DNA of 61,008 bases, the filler included. It is 4 parts of 4 records of this genome, joined end to end, with 100 filler letters (N's around TTAATTAATTAA, not from the genome) between each part and the next. Parts side by side here need not be neighbours in the genome. Positions count along the whole stretch, not along the records: positions 1 to 27,727 come from DRR723986_8122; 3 more parts are not named here. One strand, given 5' to 3'. A model generated the notes under the pieces. That model worked only from the letters and a program-made list of their open reading frames with translations, was not told the DNA's origin and searched no databases. Both the position numbers and the translations under genes were made by a program. Below are positions 1-9,638 of this stretch, piece by piece (positions within the stretch are counted from its first letter, which is position 1; every line of letters starts with the position of its first letter).

Positions 1-1
1 T

Positions 2-538
2 TATGGCGTTAGTGTAAAAATTCAGGCCAGCTCAAGGTCGCTTCGTCAGGAAAACCTGACCGACCCTTTAACCCGTAGCTTGAATCGAAAAGCACTGGAG
101 AACGCAGTGTGGCGCATGCTCAATGCAAAGGAACCCTTTGTATTGTCTTTTCTCGATCTCGACAACTTCAAAATGGTCAATGACACCCTGGGCCACGCGA
201 CGGGTGACAAACTGCTCAAACGCATCAGTTCAAAACTGTCTGTTCGATTGCGCGCTGAGGACAAGGTTTATCGCCTGTCGGGCGATGAGTTTGTGGTGTT
301 GAGTATGGGTTGTTGCCGCCCGGATACCGCCGAACATTTGGGGCAAAGAATTCGCGCAGCCATCGCAGAGGCGATTGATTATACCTGCCCGGATTTGCCA
401 GTCTCGGCAAGCGTGGGGGTGTTGCAGGTGAATGCTTTCGATGAAGTCAGTCTTGAAAAGCTGCTGGCCAGTGCCGACCAGCTTATGTACCAGGCCAAGC
501 GGACCGGTAAAAACCAGGTGCTGGTTCAAACACTGTAG
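2..538 (+). CDS. GGDEF-domain diguanylate cyclase, 5'-truncated
   Basis: Frame is open to the window edge and reads ...ENLTDPLTRSLNRKAL; DLDNFKMVNDTLGHATGD; RAED(I-site)-KVYRL-SGDEF; ADQLMYQAKRTGKN. Confidence 0.9.
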   Translation, partial: YGVSVKIQASSRSLRQENLTDPLTRSLNRKALENAVWRMLNAKEPFVLSFLDLDNFKMVNDTLGHATGDKLLKRISSKLSVRLRAEDKVYRLSGDEFVVLSMGCCRPDTAEHLGQRIRAAIAEAIDYTCPDLPVSASVGVLQVNAFDEVSLEKLLASADQLMYQAKRTGKNQVLVQTL

Positions 539-548
539 CGTGCAGAAT

Positions 549-776
549 TCAGCCTTTGGTGGGGCAGTAAGTACTGCTGGACTTTTGCGGATTTGCTGGG
601 GTTTGAAGCTCGGGTGCTTGGTGCACATAGGTGCATTCTGCGATTTCACCGTAGTTGGAATCTCGCGTGGCCAAGGCTTTACTGACTTGTATTGAAATGA
701 AGGTCACCATGAATGCTGCGATGGCAAACCACAACACTTTTCTGTTGCGTCTAAAAAATGCGCCTAAATCAAACAT
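549..776 (-). CDS. Small hypothetical protein with one N-terminal hydrophobic segment
   Basis: 75-aa ORF filling the gap between the cyclase and marR; basic N-terminus, hydrophobic stretch VLWFAIAAFMVTFISI, two Cys in the C-terminal part. Confidence 0.5.
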   Translation of the reverse strand: MFDLGAFFRRNRKVLWFAIAAFMVTFISIQVSKALATRDSNYGEIAECTYVHQAPELQTPANPQKSSSTYCPTKG

Positions 777-878
777 GTGAACCAGTCAAACTCAAAAAGT
801 GTGAAATGTTGTAAATTGGGAACAATTATTAAAAATAATAAACAATAAGTCAATTCTTATTTGACAGTTTTGCCAAGG

Positions 879-1361
879 TTATTTGGTCGGTTTGTCAATT
901 TCGCCCACATCGAGAATGGGCGAGGCGTCGATGGCCTCTGCGCCCAGCAGTGTGGTGACCCGCCCCAGCACCGATGCAATCAAATGTTGCTCCCAATTTT
1001 GGAGTTGCCCAAAGCGCTCGGCGAAACGGGTTTGCAGGCTGGACGGTGCGTCGTTGACCTCGTGTTTGCCTTTTTCCGTCAACACGACTTCGAGTCTGCG
1101 TTTGTCCACAGTACTGCGAATTTTCTCGATCAAACCGCGGCTTTCCAGTTTTTGCAGAATTACCGTGGAGGTCACAGGAGAAAGGCTGAGCGACTTGGCC
1201 AGCTCGCCGGGGGAAATGCCAGGGTTATCCGCCACGGATTGCAATGTCAGAAGTTCAGAGGTGGCCATGTCGGCCTTTTTGGCCAGCTCTCGGGCACCCG
1301 ATTCTGTGGCGCGAATAATTCGGCGAAGCGAAATAAGTGAGTCTTGTAAGGTGCTGTCCAT
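879..1361 (-). CDS. ectR: MarR-family regulator, EctR-like
   Basis: wHTH with DKRRLEVVLTEKG wing, SLRRIIRA N-terminus and ASPIL tail; divergent from ectA. Confidence 0.8.
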   Translation of the reverse strand: MDSTLQDSLISLRRIIRATESGARELAKKADMATSELLTLQSVADNPGISPGELAKSLSLSPVTSTVILQKLESRGLIEKIRSTVDKRRLEVVLTEKGKHEVNDAPSSLQTRFAERFGQLQNWEQHLIASVLGRVTTLLGAEAIDASPILDVGEIDKPTK

Positions 1362-1505
1362 GCGCGCTAACCCGGTGATTTAATTCATTTTGATGAATTG
1401 TAGTGATTAACCGGTCTGGTGAGTTGGAATTTCATACGCTTAGAGCAATCCCACCAAATTTAACGTTTTGGCGTATGTTGATCTGAGTTGGTTTCATGTT
1501 TGCAT

Positions 1506-1524
1506 TAGTTTATAAAATAAACTA
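1506..1524. promoter_or_regulatory. Candidate EctR/MarR operator (perfect inverted repeat)
   Basis: TAGTTTA-TAAAA-TAAACTA in the AT-rich ectR-ectA intergenic region. Confidence 0.45.
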
Positions 1525-1655
1525 TTATTAAGTTGTTCTTTCATAAAAACTCTTTATTACATTGATTTGTAATGATGAGCTTTTACGAAAGGATGAGAAG
1601 TAGTTCATTTTTTAATAACAAATGGGTCTGCCAATAACAGAGCCATCTCATCCAA

Positions 1656-2183
1656 ATGTCCAACGATGATGTCGTTTTGCGACATCCCGTGCTTGAAGAC
1701 GGTACTGCCGTGTTCGACCTCGTGGATGCCTGCAAACCCCTCGATCTCAATTCCCATTACTTGTACCTTCTCCAGTGCAGTCATTTCGCATCCTCCTGCG
1801 TTGTGGCGACTTGGCATGGCGAGCCCGTAGCGTGGGTATCTGGCTACATTCCACCCAGGCAAGCAGACACTTTTTTTGTATGGCAAGTGGCGGTGGGTGA
1901 GAAAGCCCGTGGCCTCGGTTTGGGCAAGAGGCTCATCAACTGGGTGGTAGCCCAGCAAATCGGCATTTCAAGAATTCATACATCCATCACGCCTGACAAT
2001 GCGGCGTCATGGGGACTTTTCAAATCACTGGCTCGCGACTGGGGCAGCGATTTGTCTTCACGAGACTGGTTCGAGGAACAGTCTCATTTTGGCGGCCGAC
2101 ACCACACTGAAGTCTTGGTGGAAATCGCTTTGCCAACATCGCCTGTGGCGACATTCCTACAAACTCAAGGAGTACAACAATGA
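1656..2183 (+). CDS. ectA: L-2,4-diaminobutyrate acetyltransferase
   Basis: PLDLNSHYLY, FVWQVAVGEKARGLGLG GNAT motif, ITPDNAASWGLF; first gene of the ect operon. Confidence 0.95.
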   Translation: MSNDDVVLRHPVLEDGTAVFDLVDACKPLDLNSHYLYLLQCSHFASSCVVATWHGEPVAWVSGYIPPRQADTFFVWQVAVGEKARGLGLGKRLINWVVAQQIGISRIHTSITPDNAASWGLFKSLARDWGSDLSSRDWFEEQSHFGGRHHTEVLVEIALPTSPVATFLQTQGVQQ

Positions 2184-3514
2184 GTGACTCAAGCAAGTCA
2201 ATCGACTTTCAAACCCTGAGCAAAATTCGCACGTTTCAAAAGAACGAGTCGGAAGCGCGCAGCTACTGCCGCAGCTTTCCAACCCTGTTCGTGCGGGCCA
2301 AGGGCAGCTATATGACCGACATGAATGGTCAGGATTATCTCGATTTCCTGTCTGGGGCAGGCTCGTTGAACTACGGGCACAACGATCCAGAGATGAAATC
2401 GGCATTGCTTGACTACATTGCGGACGACGGCATTGGCCATAGCCTGGACATGCACAGCGCCGCCAAGGCCAAATTCATCGATGCATTCAACCGCCATATT
2501 TTGAAGCCGCGTGGCATGCAATATCGCATTCAATTTACAGGCCCCACTGGCACCAACTCGGTTGAAGCAGCCATCAAACTGGCCCGCAAAATTACCGGGC
2601 GCAAGCAGGTAATTGCCTTTACCAACGGCTTTCATGGCGTAACCCAAGGTGCCCTGGCTTGCACGGCGAACACCCACCACCGCAGCCCATCGGCCTCAAC
2701 ACTGTGTGGTGTTGATCGTTATCCTTACGACGGTTACATGGGTGAAGGCGTGGACACTACCGAGTACCTCGAAAAAATGCTGACCGACAAGTCGAGTGGT
2801 CAGGACGCACCGGCGGCTGTGATTGTAGAAGGCGTGCAAGGTGAGGGTGGTTTGAACCCAGCCTCCATGAAGTGGCTGAAGAACCTGGCCAAGGTGACCC
2901 GCAAGGCCGGCGCCATGTTGATTCTGGACGAAATTCAGGCTGGCGTTGGTCGTGCCGGTTCGTTCTTCAGTTTCGAAGAAGCGGGTATTGAGCCCGACCT
3001 GATTTGCCTGTCCAAATCACTGTCTGGTATGGGCCTGCCCATGGCGGTCACCCTGATTCGCCCCGACCTTGATTTCTGGAAGCCCGGCGAGCACAACGGC
3101 ACTTTCCGCGGCAACAACCATGCGTTTATTACCGCTGCGGCAGCGCTGGAAAAGTACTGGGCCAACCCGGCATTCGAGCGTGGCATTGCGCAGCGTGCCG
3201 AGGTGGTGAACCAAAGTTTGAACCGCATTTTGACGGCCAATGACAACGTCACCGTGCAGGTGAAAGGCCGCGGCATGATGCAGGGCATTGAAATGCAAAA
3301 CGGTGCTTTGGCCGATGAAGTGGTGGCCGAGTGTTTCAAGCACCACATGATTATTGAAACCTGTGGCAACGATGGGCAGGTGGTGAAAGTATTTGCCGCC
3401 CTGAACATCGAAATGGAAGACCTGAAAAAAGGTTTGACCATTCTGGAGAAAGCCGTGGCTGTAGTTAGCGCCAAGGCCGAGAAAGATGCCAACAGCAAAA
3501 AGGTGAAAGCATGA
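2180..3514 (+). CDS. ectB: Diaminobutyrate-2-oxoglutarate transaminase
   Basis: [41 protein letters not shown] (PLP Lys), [14 protein letters not shown]. Confidence 0.97.
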   Translation: MSDSSKSIDFQTLSKIRTFQKNESEARSYCRSFPTLFVRAKGSYMTDMNGQDYLDFLSGAGSLNYGHNDPEMKSALLDYIADDGIGHSLDMHSAAKAKFIDAFNRHILKPRGMQYRIQFTGPTGTNSVEAAIKLARKITGRKQVIAFTNGFHGVTQGALACTANTHHRSPSASTLCGVDRYPYDGYMGEGVDTTEYLEKMLTDKSSGQDAPAAVIVEGVQGEGGLNPASMKWLKNLAKVTRKAGAMLILDEIQAGVGRAGSFFSFEEAGIEPDLICLSKSLSGMGLPMAVTLIRPDLDFWKPGEHNGTFRGNNHAFITAAAALEKYWANPAFERGIAQRAEVVNQSLNRILTANDNVTVQVKGRGMMQGIEMQNGALADEVVAECFKHHMIIETCGNDGQVVKVFAALNIEMEDLKKGLTILEKAVAVVSAKAEKDANSKKVKA

Positions 3515-3900
3515 TTGTTCGAAAACTGAGCGAAGTACAAGGCACGGAAAAGCATATTCACTCCAACGGTTGGGACAGTGTTCGCATGTTGTTGCGCGAT
3601 GACAAGATGGGGTTTTCCTTCCACATCACGACCATTCATGCCAAGGCTGAATTGCACATGCACTACAAGAACCATCTTGAGAGCGTGTTTTGCGTCAGCG
3701 GCAAGGGCGAGATTGAAAGCAAGCTTGATGGCAAGGTGTACCCGATTGAGGCAGGCACCCTGTACGCCTTGAATCTGCATGATCCACATATTCTGCGTGC
3801 ATTCGACGAGCCCATGATCATGGCCTGCGTGTTCAACCCACCCGTGACTGGTGCGGAAGTGCATGATGAAACCGGCGCATACCCTGCGCTGGCCGAATAA
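3511..3900 (+). CDS. ectC: Ectoine synthase
   Basis: [43 protein letters not shown]. Confidence 0.97.
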   Translation: MIVRKLSEVQGTEKHIHSNGWDSVRMLLRDDKMGFSFHITTIHAKAELHMHYKNHLESVFCVSGKGEIESKLDGKVYPIEAGTLYALNLHDPHILRAFDEPMIMACVFNPPVTGAEVHDETGAYPALAE

Positions 3901-3921
3901 ATAAAAAGGAGGCAAAACACA

Positions 3922-4836
3922 ATGATTGTTTCAGCCGTAAGAGATCCCTACCCCACACGTGACAAATCGGAAGGCGCCTTGATTCGACGTGCCGAGCCGG
4001 TGGTTCACGGCGAGTGGAATGAAGACTCACCTTTGAGCCAGGCGCAGGTGGAGCAGTTTGAGCGCGATGGTTATTTGGTATTGACCGATGTATTTTCTGC
4101 TCATGAACTCGATGAGTTGCGTGCAGTCGCTGAGCGGGTGAGCAAAAACTGCGCGCAAACACACCCAGGCCAGTTAATCAAGGAGGCCGATACTGAACAG
4201 CTACGCACCTTGTTTGGCGTGCACGGCATGGAAGGTTTGCTCAAAGACACCGCAAGCAACCCGCGCATGCTGGAGGTGGTTCAGTTTTTGTTGAACGACT
4301 CGGTTTACATTCACCAATCGCGCCTGAACTTTAAAAGCCCGCAGTACGGTAGTGGGTTTGAATGGCACAGCGACTTTGAAACCTGGCACGCTGAAGATGG
4401 CATGCCCGGCATGCGCGCCATCAGCGCCACGGTACTGCTGACCGACGAAATTTCTGCCGATGGCTCTTTGAAGTTCATGCCACGCAGCCATAAAACTTTC
4501 GTGGCCTGCCCGGGCGAAACACCGGATACGCAAGTGTATCAGGAAGCTTTCAGAAAGCAGGCTGTGGGCAAACCACCCGCCTTGTTTCTGGACTTGCTCG
4601 AAGAAAACGGTGGCGTGCAGGAAGTGGTCGCGCCAGCGGGTTCGGTGTTGCTGTTCGATTGCAATGTCATGCATGGTGCGGGCAAGAATACCAGTGACCA
4701 TCTGCGTGCCAATTTGTTCTATGTGTACAACGCAGTCAGCAACGTGCTGAATTCGCCGTATGCCGCGGACAACCCTCGGCCTGAGTTCTTGGCCACGCGC
4801 ACTGTTGAGCCATTGACCTTGCAGGTGCCCGCTTAA
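3922..4836 (+). CDS. ectD: Ectoine hydroxylase
   Basis: EctD signature FEWHSDFETWHAEDGMP, DPYPTR, FDCNVMHG; RBS AGGAGG. Confidence 0.95.
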   Translation: MIVSAVRDPYPTRDKSEGALIRRAEPVVHGEWNEDSPLSQAQVEQFERDGYLVLTDVFSAHELDELRAVAERVSKNCAQTHPGQLIKEADTEQLRTLFGVHGMEGLLKDTASNPRMLEVVQFLLNDSVYIHQSRLNFKSPQYGSGFEWHSDFETWHAEDGMPGMRAISATVLLTDEISADGSLKFMPRSHKTFVACPGETPDTQVYQEAFRKQAVGKPPALFLDLLEENGGVQEVVAPAGSVLLFDCNVMHGAGKNTSDHLRANLFYVYNAVSNVLNSPYAADNPRPEFLATRTVEPLTLQVPA

Positions 4837-4837
4837 T

Positions 4838-6247
4838 TTGGGCGCAAGCTTCTTCATTTGCCTTGCCTTGGTGTTGCTGATCGGCTTGAGTTCAGCACGC
4901 CAGGCCAAGGCAAGCGCGGCCGACTACTTTGTGGCCAGTCGCAGTGTGCCCCCTTGGCTGGTGGGCCTGTCGGCGGTGGCCACCAACAATTCCGGTTACA
5001 TGTTCATCGGCCTGATTGGCTACACCTATGCAGTGGGCATTCAGTCCGTGTGGCTGATGGTGGGCTGGATCGCAGGCGATTTGATTGGCTCGAAAGTGGC
5101 GCATGAGCGCATGCGCGATGAAGCAGAGCGCGTGCACGCCAATGGAATCATCAGCTTGTTGGCGCGATGGGGAGACACCCGCAACCGAAGCTGGCAAGTG
5201 TTGGCCGCCTTGGTCAGTGTTGCCTTTTTGAGCACCTACGCAGCCGCCCAAATTTCGGCGGGGGGTAAGGCGTTGGAGGGTATGCTGGACATTCCTATGG
5301 CCATTGGCATGGGCATGGTGGCCTTGGTCGTGATTGCTTACAGCATTGCAGGCGGCATGCGTGCTTCCATCTGGACTGATGCGGTGCAATCGCTGTTGAT
5401 GGTGGTGTCCATGGTCGTGTTGCTGCTTGCGGCAGTGAACCATTTGGGTGGTTTGCAGGCGGTATTTCAACAAGCCGGTGCCATTGATGGTTTTTTGAAT
5501 CCAAGCCCCACCAACCTGGATGTTCCGGGTTTTATTGGACCCTTGGCCTTTGTGGTGGGCTGGATGTTTGCTGGCGCGGCAGCACTGGGGCAGCCGCACA
5601 TTGTCAGTCGTTTTCTGGCTTTGCAAAACACACGCCAAATGAACCAGGTTCGCCTGTGGTACTACGGTTACTATTTGCTGTTTTATTGTTTTGCGACTGC
5701 TGTGGGTTTGCTCAGTCGCCTGTATTTTGGTGAAAGCTCAGGTTTTGATCCTGAGATGGCCCTGCCCAATATGGCGCGCGATTTGTTACCACCCTGGCTG
5801 GCTGGGTTAATGCTGGCGGGCATTTTTGCCGCCACCATGTCCACCGCTGATTCCCTGGTGTTGTCCTGTTCCTCGGCACTGACACAAGATTTACCCCGAC
5901 ATTCATCCGAGAACCGGTGGTTGCTGAAAGCGGCCACGGGATTCACCACGATTTTCGCTCTGGGCATCGGTCTTTGGAGCGAGCAAAGTGTGTTTTCGCT
6001 GGTGGTGTGGGCATGGGGTACCTTGGGTGCCGCATTTGTACCTATCCTGATCTGGCAGGTGCTGGGTGCGAAGCTCAACTCACTGGCCATGCTTGTCATG
6101 TCCAGCACTGGTGTATTGGCCACCGTGGCCTGGAAGTTTTACGGTTTCCCGAACACCATTTATGAGGGAGCTGTGGGCATGTTCAGTGCCCTTGTTTTGG
6201 GTGCAATTTTCACAATAAGTAGTATCCGCAGCAGGTTTCACCCCTAG
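4838..6247 (+). CDS. Sodium:solute symporter (SSS, PutP-like), probable ectoine/osmolyte importer
   Basis: Many TM helices; DYFVASRS, LSAVATNNSGYMFIG, GGMRASIWTDAVQS, GQPHIVSRF, AATMSTADS; TTG start 1 nt after the ectD stop. Confidence 0.85.
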   Translation: MGASFFICLALVLLIGLSSARQAKASAADYFVASRSVPPWLVGLSAVATNNSGYMFIGLIGYTYAVGIQSVWLMVGWIAGDLIGSKVAHERMRDEAERVHANGIISLLARWGDTRNRSWQVLAALVSVAFLSTYAAAQISAGGKALEGMLDIPMAIGMGMVALVVIAYSIAGGMRASIWTDAVQSLLMVVSMVVLLLAAVNHLGGLQAVFQQAGAIDGFLNPSPTNLDVPGFIGPLAFVVGWMFAGAAALGQPHIVSRFLALQNTRQMNQVRLWYYGYYLLFYCFATAVGLLSRLYFGESSGFDPEMALPNMARDLLPPWLAGLMLAGIFAATMSTADSLVLSCSSALTQDLPRHSSENRWLLKAATGFTTIFALGIGLWSEQSVFSLVVWAWGTLGAAFVPILIWQVLGAKLNSLAMLVMSSTGVLATVAWKFYGFPNTIYEGAVGMFSALVLGAIFTISSIRSRFHP

Positions 6248-6382
6248 CTACCCCGATTGGGGGGATAGGAGCATCACCCCAAGTTGTTAAATTGTGTGAA
6301 CGCCTTGCAAGATCTTGTCGGGCGTCACTATCAAATAAATCAGCAAGAAGCTGAGTACATCGAATCAGGGGCGGTGCGTTTC

Positions 6383-8434
6383 ATGAATTGGTTGGTGGAG
6401 GATTTTGCATTCGCAGCGGCAGCAATCTCAGAGGCCCATCTTTCCGGATTGGCCTTTGGTTTTTTCGCCTCGTTGTTGGCCATGACCGTCGGTGTTGAAG
6501 TTCGAATCAAAAATCCCCCCCTGATTGCCAATAGCCACTACCTGATTCGACGCGGGGTACTGATTTCCCTCTATGTGATTTCCATGTTTTTTGCCTCGGC
6601 TTTTGTGGGTTTAACGCTTCCCTCAGCCAAGGAAGCCCTCTTCAGTATTTCCGGTACTGTTCTCACCTTTGCCGTGTGCATAGTCGTATTTCTTTACGTG
6701 GACTATCTGGTTCAGTCGGCCAAAGGTGCTGCCAAGCTGTTCATGTTCCTGTTTACTTCGCTGGGCATTCTGATCCAGTTTTTAATCCACATGGCATTCA
6801 TTTTCATTCCCAACAACCATCAGATATTGCAGGTGCGTTGGTCGGGTTTGATCGCCATGTATCTGGTGCTGTTTGTGTGCATGGGGCTGCTGAGTCGTTT
6901 TGCGCACGAAACCTCTGTGGGTAAATCCAAACCTCTTCAAAGCCGGATGATTTACATCTTTGGCATTGTGGGTTTAAACCAGATGATTGCGCTAAGTCTG
7001 ATCGGGTTTGTCCATGTGGGGGCTGGGGCGGAGCACTCGGCCTGGTATGGCATGTGGACTGGATGGGCGGGGTTCGAGATATTCGTCAGTTTCTTCGCCC
7101 TGCTGATGATTTCGGTGTTGATGTGTTATGTCTATGTGTTACTGGACAAGTCGGTGCAGATACTGCGTGCCGACAACCAGAAACTGCAGGTGATGAAACA
7201 AGACGCTTTGGAACAAGTGGCCACCGCTTCCGAGAAACTTGAACTGGAACGAACTCGCATCGAGCAGTTGGAAAAGTCCATTGCAACCGTTCAGCAAGAC
7301 CATGAAATGTCTGTCGAGAGTTTGGTGGCAGCCGTGGCCACGCTTGAAGACGGCGTCTTTGAATGGGACATTGAACAGGAGACTGTGGTGTTCAGTTCAA
7401 CGTGGCGTCGCCTGTTTGGATTTGATGATCAAACACAATCTGCAATCTCGGCCACCGCGTGGCGAGCTGGCATTCTCAGTGAAGACATCAAGGGTCTGGA
7501 TGCAGCACTTCAGGCCTGTCTCACCAATAACTTACCCAGTAGCGCAGTGCAGGTGCGTTATTCAACCGCATATGGTTCTTTGCTGAAGCTTGAAATTCAT
7601 CTGGTGGCGGTGAAAAACGCCTACGGATTGCCCAGCAAAGCCGTGGGTATTATCCATGACCGGACGGAGGAAATGGATCTGGAGCTTTCCATTCGTGAGG
7701 AGTTGAATGAGGAGTCTTTGTTGTCGTCCCGAAAATCTCAGTTCGTATCGTATCTCTCACATGAAATTCGAACGCCGATGACTGTGATCGGATCAGCCAA
7801 AGCCCTGTTGGAAAGTTCCTTGCAGAAGGAGCCAGTGAATATGGAGTCGGCTTTGCATTACATCGATCAAATTGGCGGAGCATTGCGTTCGCTGCGAGCG
7901 CTGGTGGATGAAACGCTGATGTTCATGGGCGCCAATTTTACGCGCAAGCATTTGAATATCGCGCAGCTGGATGTGCGAAAGGTTTTTTGCCAGTTTTCCT
8001 CCTTTGAGCAGCGCCGCAGACACGGTCAACACTGGCTTGAATATGAATTGCATCCCAGCCTGGATCAATTTGAGTTTTATTCCGATGAGTATGTGTTTAC
8101 GCAGACCATGCGGCAAATGTTGTCGTTTGCAGAAAGCAAAGAGTCGCATGCAGGCAAACTCACCATCAAGATGCCCAATGAGAACACTTTGAATCTGTGC
8201 ATTGAGTTGTTGGATTGGCCGGCCTGGATGATCAAGGGCGGGCAACTGGAACCCGCGCATGACGAAGAAACCGTGGTGCCTTTCAAAGGGGAGTGTTTGC
8301 CTTTCACTTTGCTGTTGACCAAGCGGGTCATCCGGTTGATCAATGGACGTATCATGATTAAAAACCGGCGCAGTCGTCACTGGTTGTGTGTTGATTTGCC
8401 GTCGCTCAAGGAGGAAGCATGCCGCGCGTCATGA
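6383..8434 (+). CDS. Membrane sensor: multi-TM domain, coiled coil, PAS, HisKA, degenerate HATPase
   Basis: About 7 TM segments; GVFEWDIEQETVVFSSTWRRLFG PAS start; H-box FVSYLSHEIRTPMTVI; N/G1/G2 boxes not recognisable. ATG 6383 preferred over TTG 6284. Confidence 0.8.
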   Translation: MNWLVEDFAFAAAAISEAHLSGLAFGFFASLLAMTVGVEVRIKNPPLIANSHYLIRRGVLISLYVISMFFASAFVGLTLPSAKEALFSISGTVLTFAVCIVVFLYVDYLVQSAKGAAKLFMFLFTSLGILIQFLIHMAFIFIPNNHQILQVRWSGLIAMYLVLFVCMGLLSRFAHETSVGKSKPLQSRMIYIFGIVGLNQMIALSLIGFVHVGAGAEHSAWYGMWTGWAGFEIFVSFFALLMISVLMCYVYVLLDKSVQILRADNQKLQVMKQDALEQVATASEKLELERTRIEQLEKSIATVQQDHEMSVESLVAAVATLEDGVFEWDIEQETVVFSSTWRRLFGFDDQTQSAISATAWRAGILSEDIKGLDAALQACLTNNLPSSAVQVRYSTAYGSLLKLEIHLVAVKNAYGLPSKAVGIIHDRTEEMDLELSIREELNEESLLSSRKSQFVSYLSHEIRTPMTVIGSAKALLESSLQKEPVNMESALHYIDQIGGALRSLRALVDETLMFMGANFTRKHLNIAQLDVRKVFCQFSSFEQRRRHGQHWLEYELHPSLDQFEFYSDEYVFTQTMRQMLSFAESKESHAGKLTIKMPNENTLNLCIELLDWPAWMIKGGQLEPAHDEETVVPFKGECLPFTLLLTKRVIRLINGRIMIKNRRSRHWLCVDLPSLKEEACRAS

Positions 8435-8871
8435 TCGTAGAGGATGACCTGACCATTCTCGGTAATCTCTCGCAGTTGCTGCAGTTAAGCGGGCTGGATG
8501 TGATGGAGGCCCACGATGGGCAGGAGGCCTTGCGGTTGTTGCTGGAGTGCCGCGTACACGATGCGGCCTTGCCCAGAATGATCGTGAGCGACTTGATGAT
8601 GCCCAATATGGATGGCTTTGATCTGTTGCGCGCAGTACGTGGCGATGCGCACTTCAAGAAGTTGCCGTTTGTATTGTTGAGTGCCCGCAGCGATGCCAGT
8701 GATTTGCAACAGGCATTTGCCCTGGGCGCCAACGATTACCTGATTAAACCGTTCGAAGTAGAGCAATTGATGGATGTGATTCGCTACCATCTCTCGCACA
8801 CTTCAGGCCGAAAAAACGAACCCCTGGCAGGCAAAGACTGTACGGTGGACACGGATTTTTTCCTGGAGTGA
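8419..8871 (+). CDS. Single-domain response regulator (receiver)
   Basis: IVEDD, SDLMMPNMDG (phospho-Asp), LLSAR, GANDYLIKPF; overlaps the sensor 3' end; RBS AGGAGG. Confidence 0.92.
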   Translation: MPRVMIVEDDLTILGNLSQLLQLSGLDVMEAHDGQEALRLLLECRVHDAALPRMIVSDLMMPNMDGFDLLRAVRGDAHFKKLPFVLLSARSDASDLQQAFALGANDYLIKPFEVEQLMDVIRYHLSHTSGRKNEPLAGKDCTVDTDFFLE

Positions 8872-9636
8872 TCAACCGGTATTCAAGACGGAAATACTCA
8901 AGAGCCGTCCAATCGCGCCGTCGATTCCTGCGATGAAATAGGGCAGACTGACCCACAGAATCCACAGACCCACACCAATCGTGATCGAAAAGCCAATCGA
9001 CATCACGTTCAGTTGCGGCGCTGCACGCGCCAGAATACCCAGCACAATATTGCTGATTAACACGGCGGCCATGACAGGCAATGAAATTTGAAGGGCAAGC
9101 ATGAACATGATGCTGCCAGCCATGGCGATGCTTTGGCTGTTGACCACGGCGAGGTTTGCGCTGATCGGGATTAACTCAAAACTTTGAACCACAGCGGCGA
9201 TGACCAGCAGGTGGCCATCAATGACCAAAAATGTGAGCATGGCCAACACCCCCAAAAAACTGCCGATGAGTGGTGTTTGTGTGCCGCGTGCTGGGTCGAT
9301 GAATTGTGCGAAGGCCAGGCCCATCTGCAGACCGAGCAGGTCACCCGCCATTTCGAATGCTGCAAATACCAGTCGCATGGAGAAGCCCATGGCCACACCA
9401 ATCAGTATTTGCTGGATTAAAACCGGAATGGCTTGTGCTGAACTGAGTACTGGGGGGGGCGGCAGCAGGGGCATCATGAGAATGGCAATCAGCGCTGCAA
9501 GCCCGACACGAGTACGTCGTTGCACGGTGCGGTTGTCGAACACCGGTGCCGTGGCCAGCATCGCCAGAATTCGGATGAAAGGCCACAAAAACGAGGCGAT
9601 CCAGATTTCCAGTTGTTCGCCGTTGATGGGAACCAT
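8872..9636 (-). CDS. fliR: Flagellar export protein FliR
   Basis: WPFIRILAM, QMGLAFAQFIDP, RAAPQLNVMSIGF. Confidence 0.95.
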   Translation of the reverse strand: MVPINGEQLEIWIASFLWPFIRILAMLATAPVFDNRTVQRRTRVGLAALIAILMMPLLPPPPVLSSAQAIPVLIQQILIGVAMGFSMRLVFAAFEMAGDLLGLQMGLAFAQFIDPARGTQTPLIGSFLGVLAMLTFLVIDGHLLVIAAVVQSFELIPISANLAVVNSQSIAMAGSIMFMLALQISLPVMAAVLISNIVLGILARAAPQLNVMSIGFSITIGVGLWILWVSLPYFIAGIDGAIGRLLSISVLNTG

Positions 9637-9638
9637 GC

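Noticed and set aside
844-865. GTCAA-N7-TTGAC inverted repeat downstream of ectR
   Set aside because: Spacing does not match FleQ or FNR boxes I know; likely chance in AT-rich DNA
2935-3915. 326-aa antisense ORF over ectB/ectC, and 235-248-aa ORFs antisense to ectD and the symporter
   Set aside because: Shadow frames of well-supported genes; no motifs or RBS
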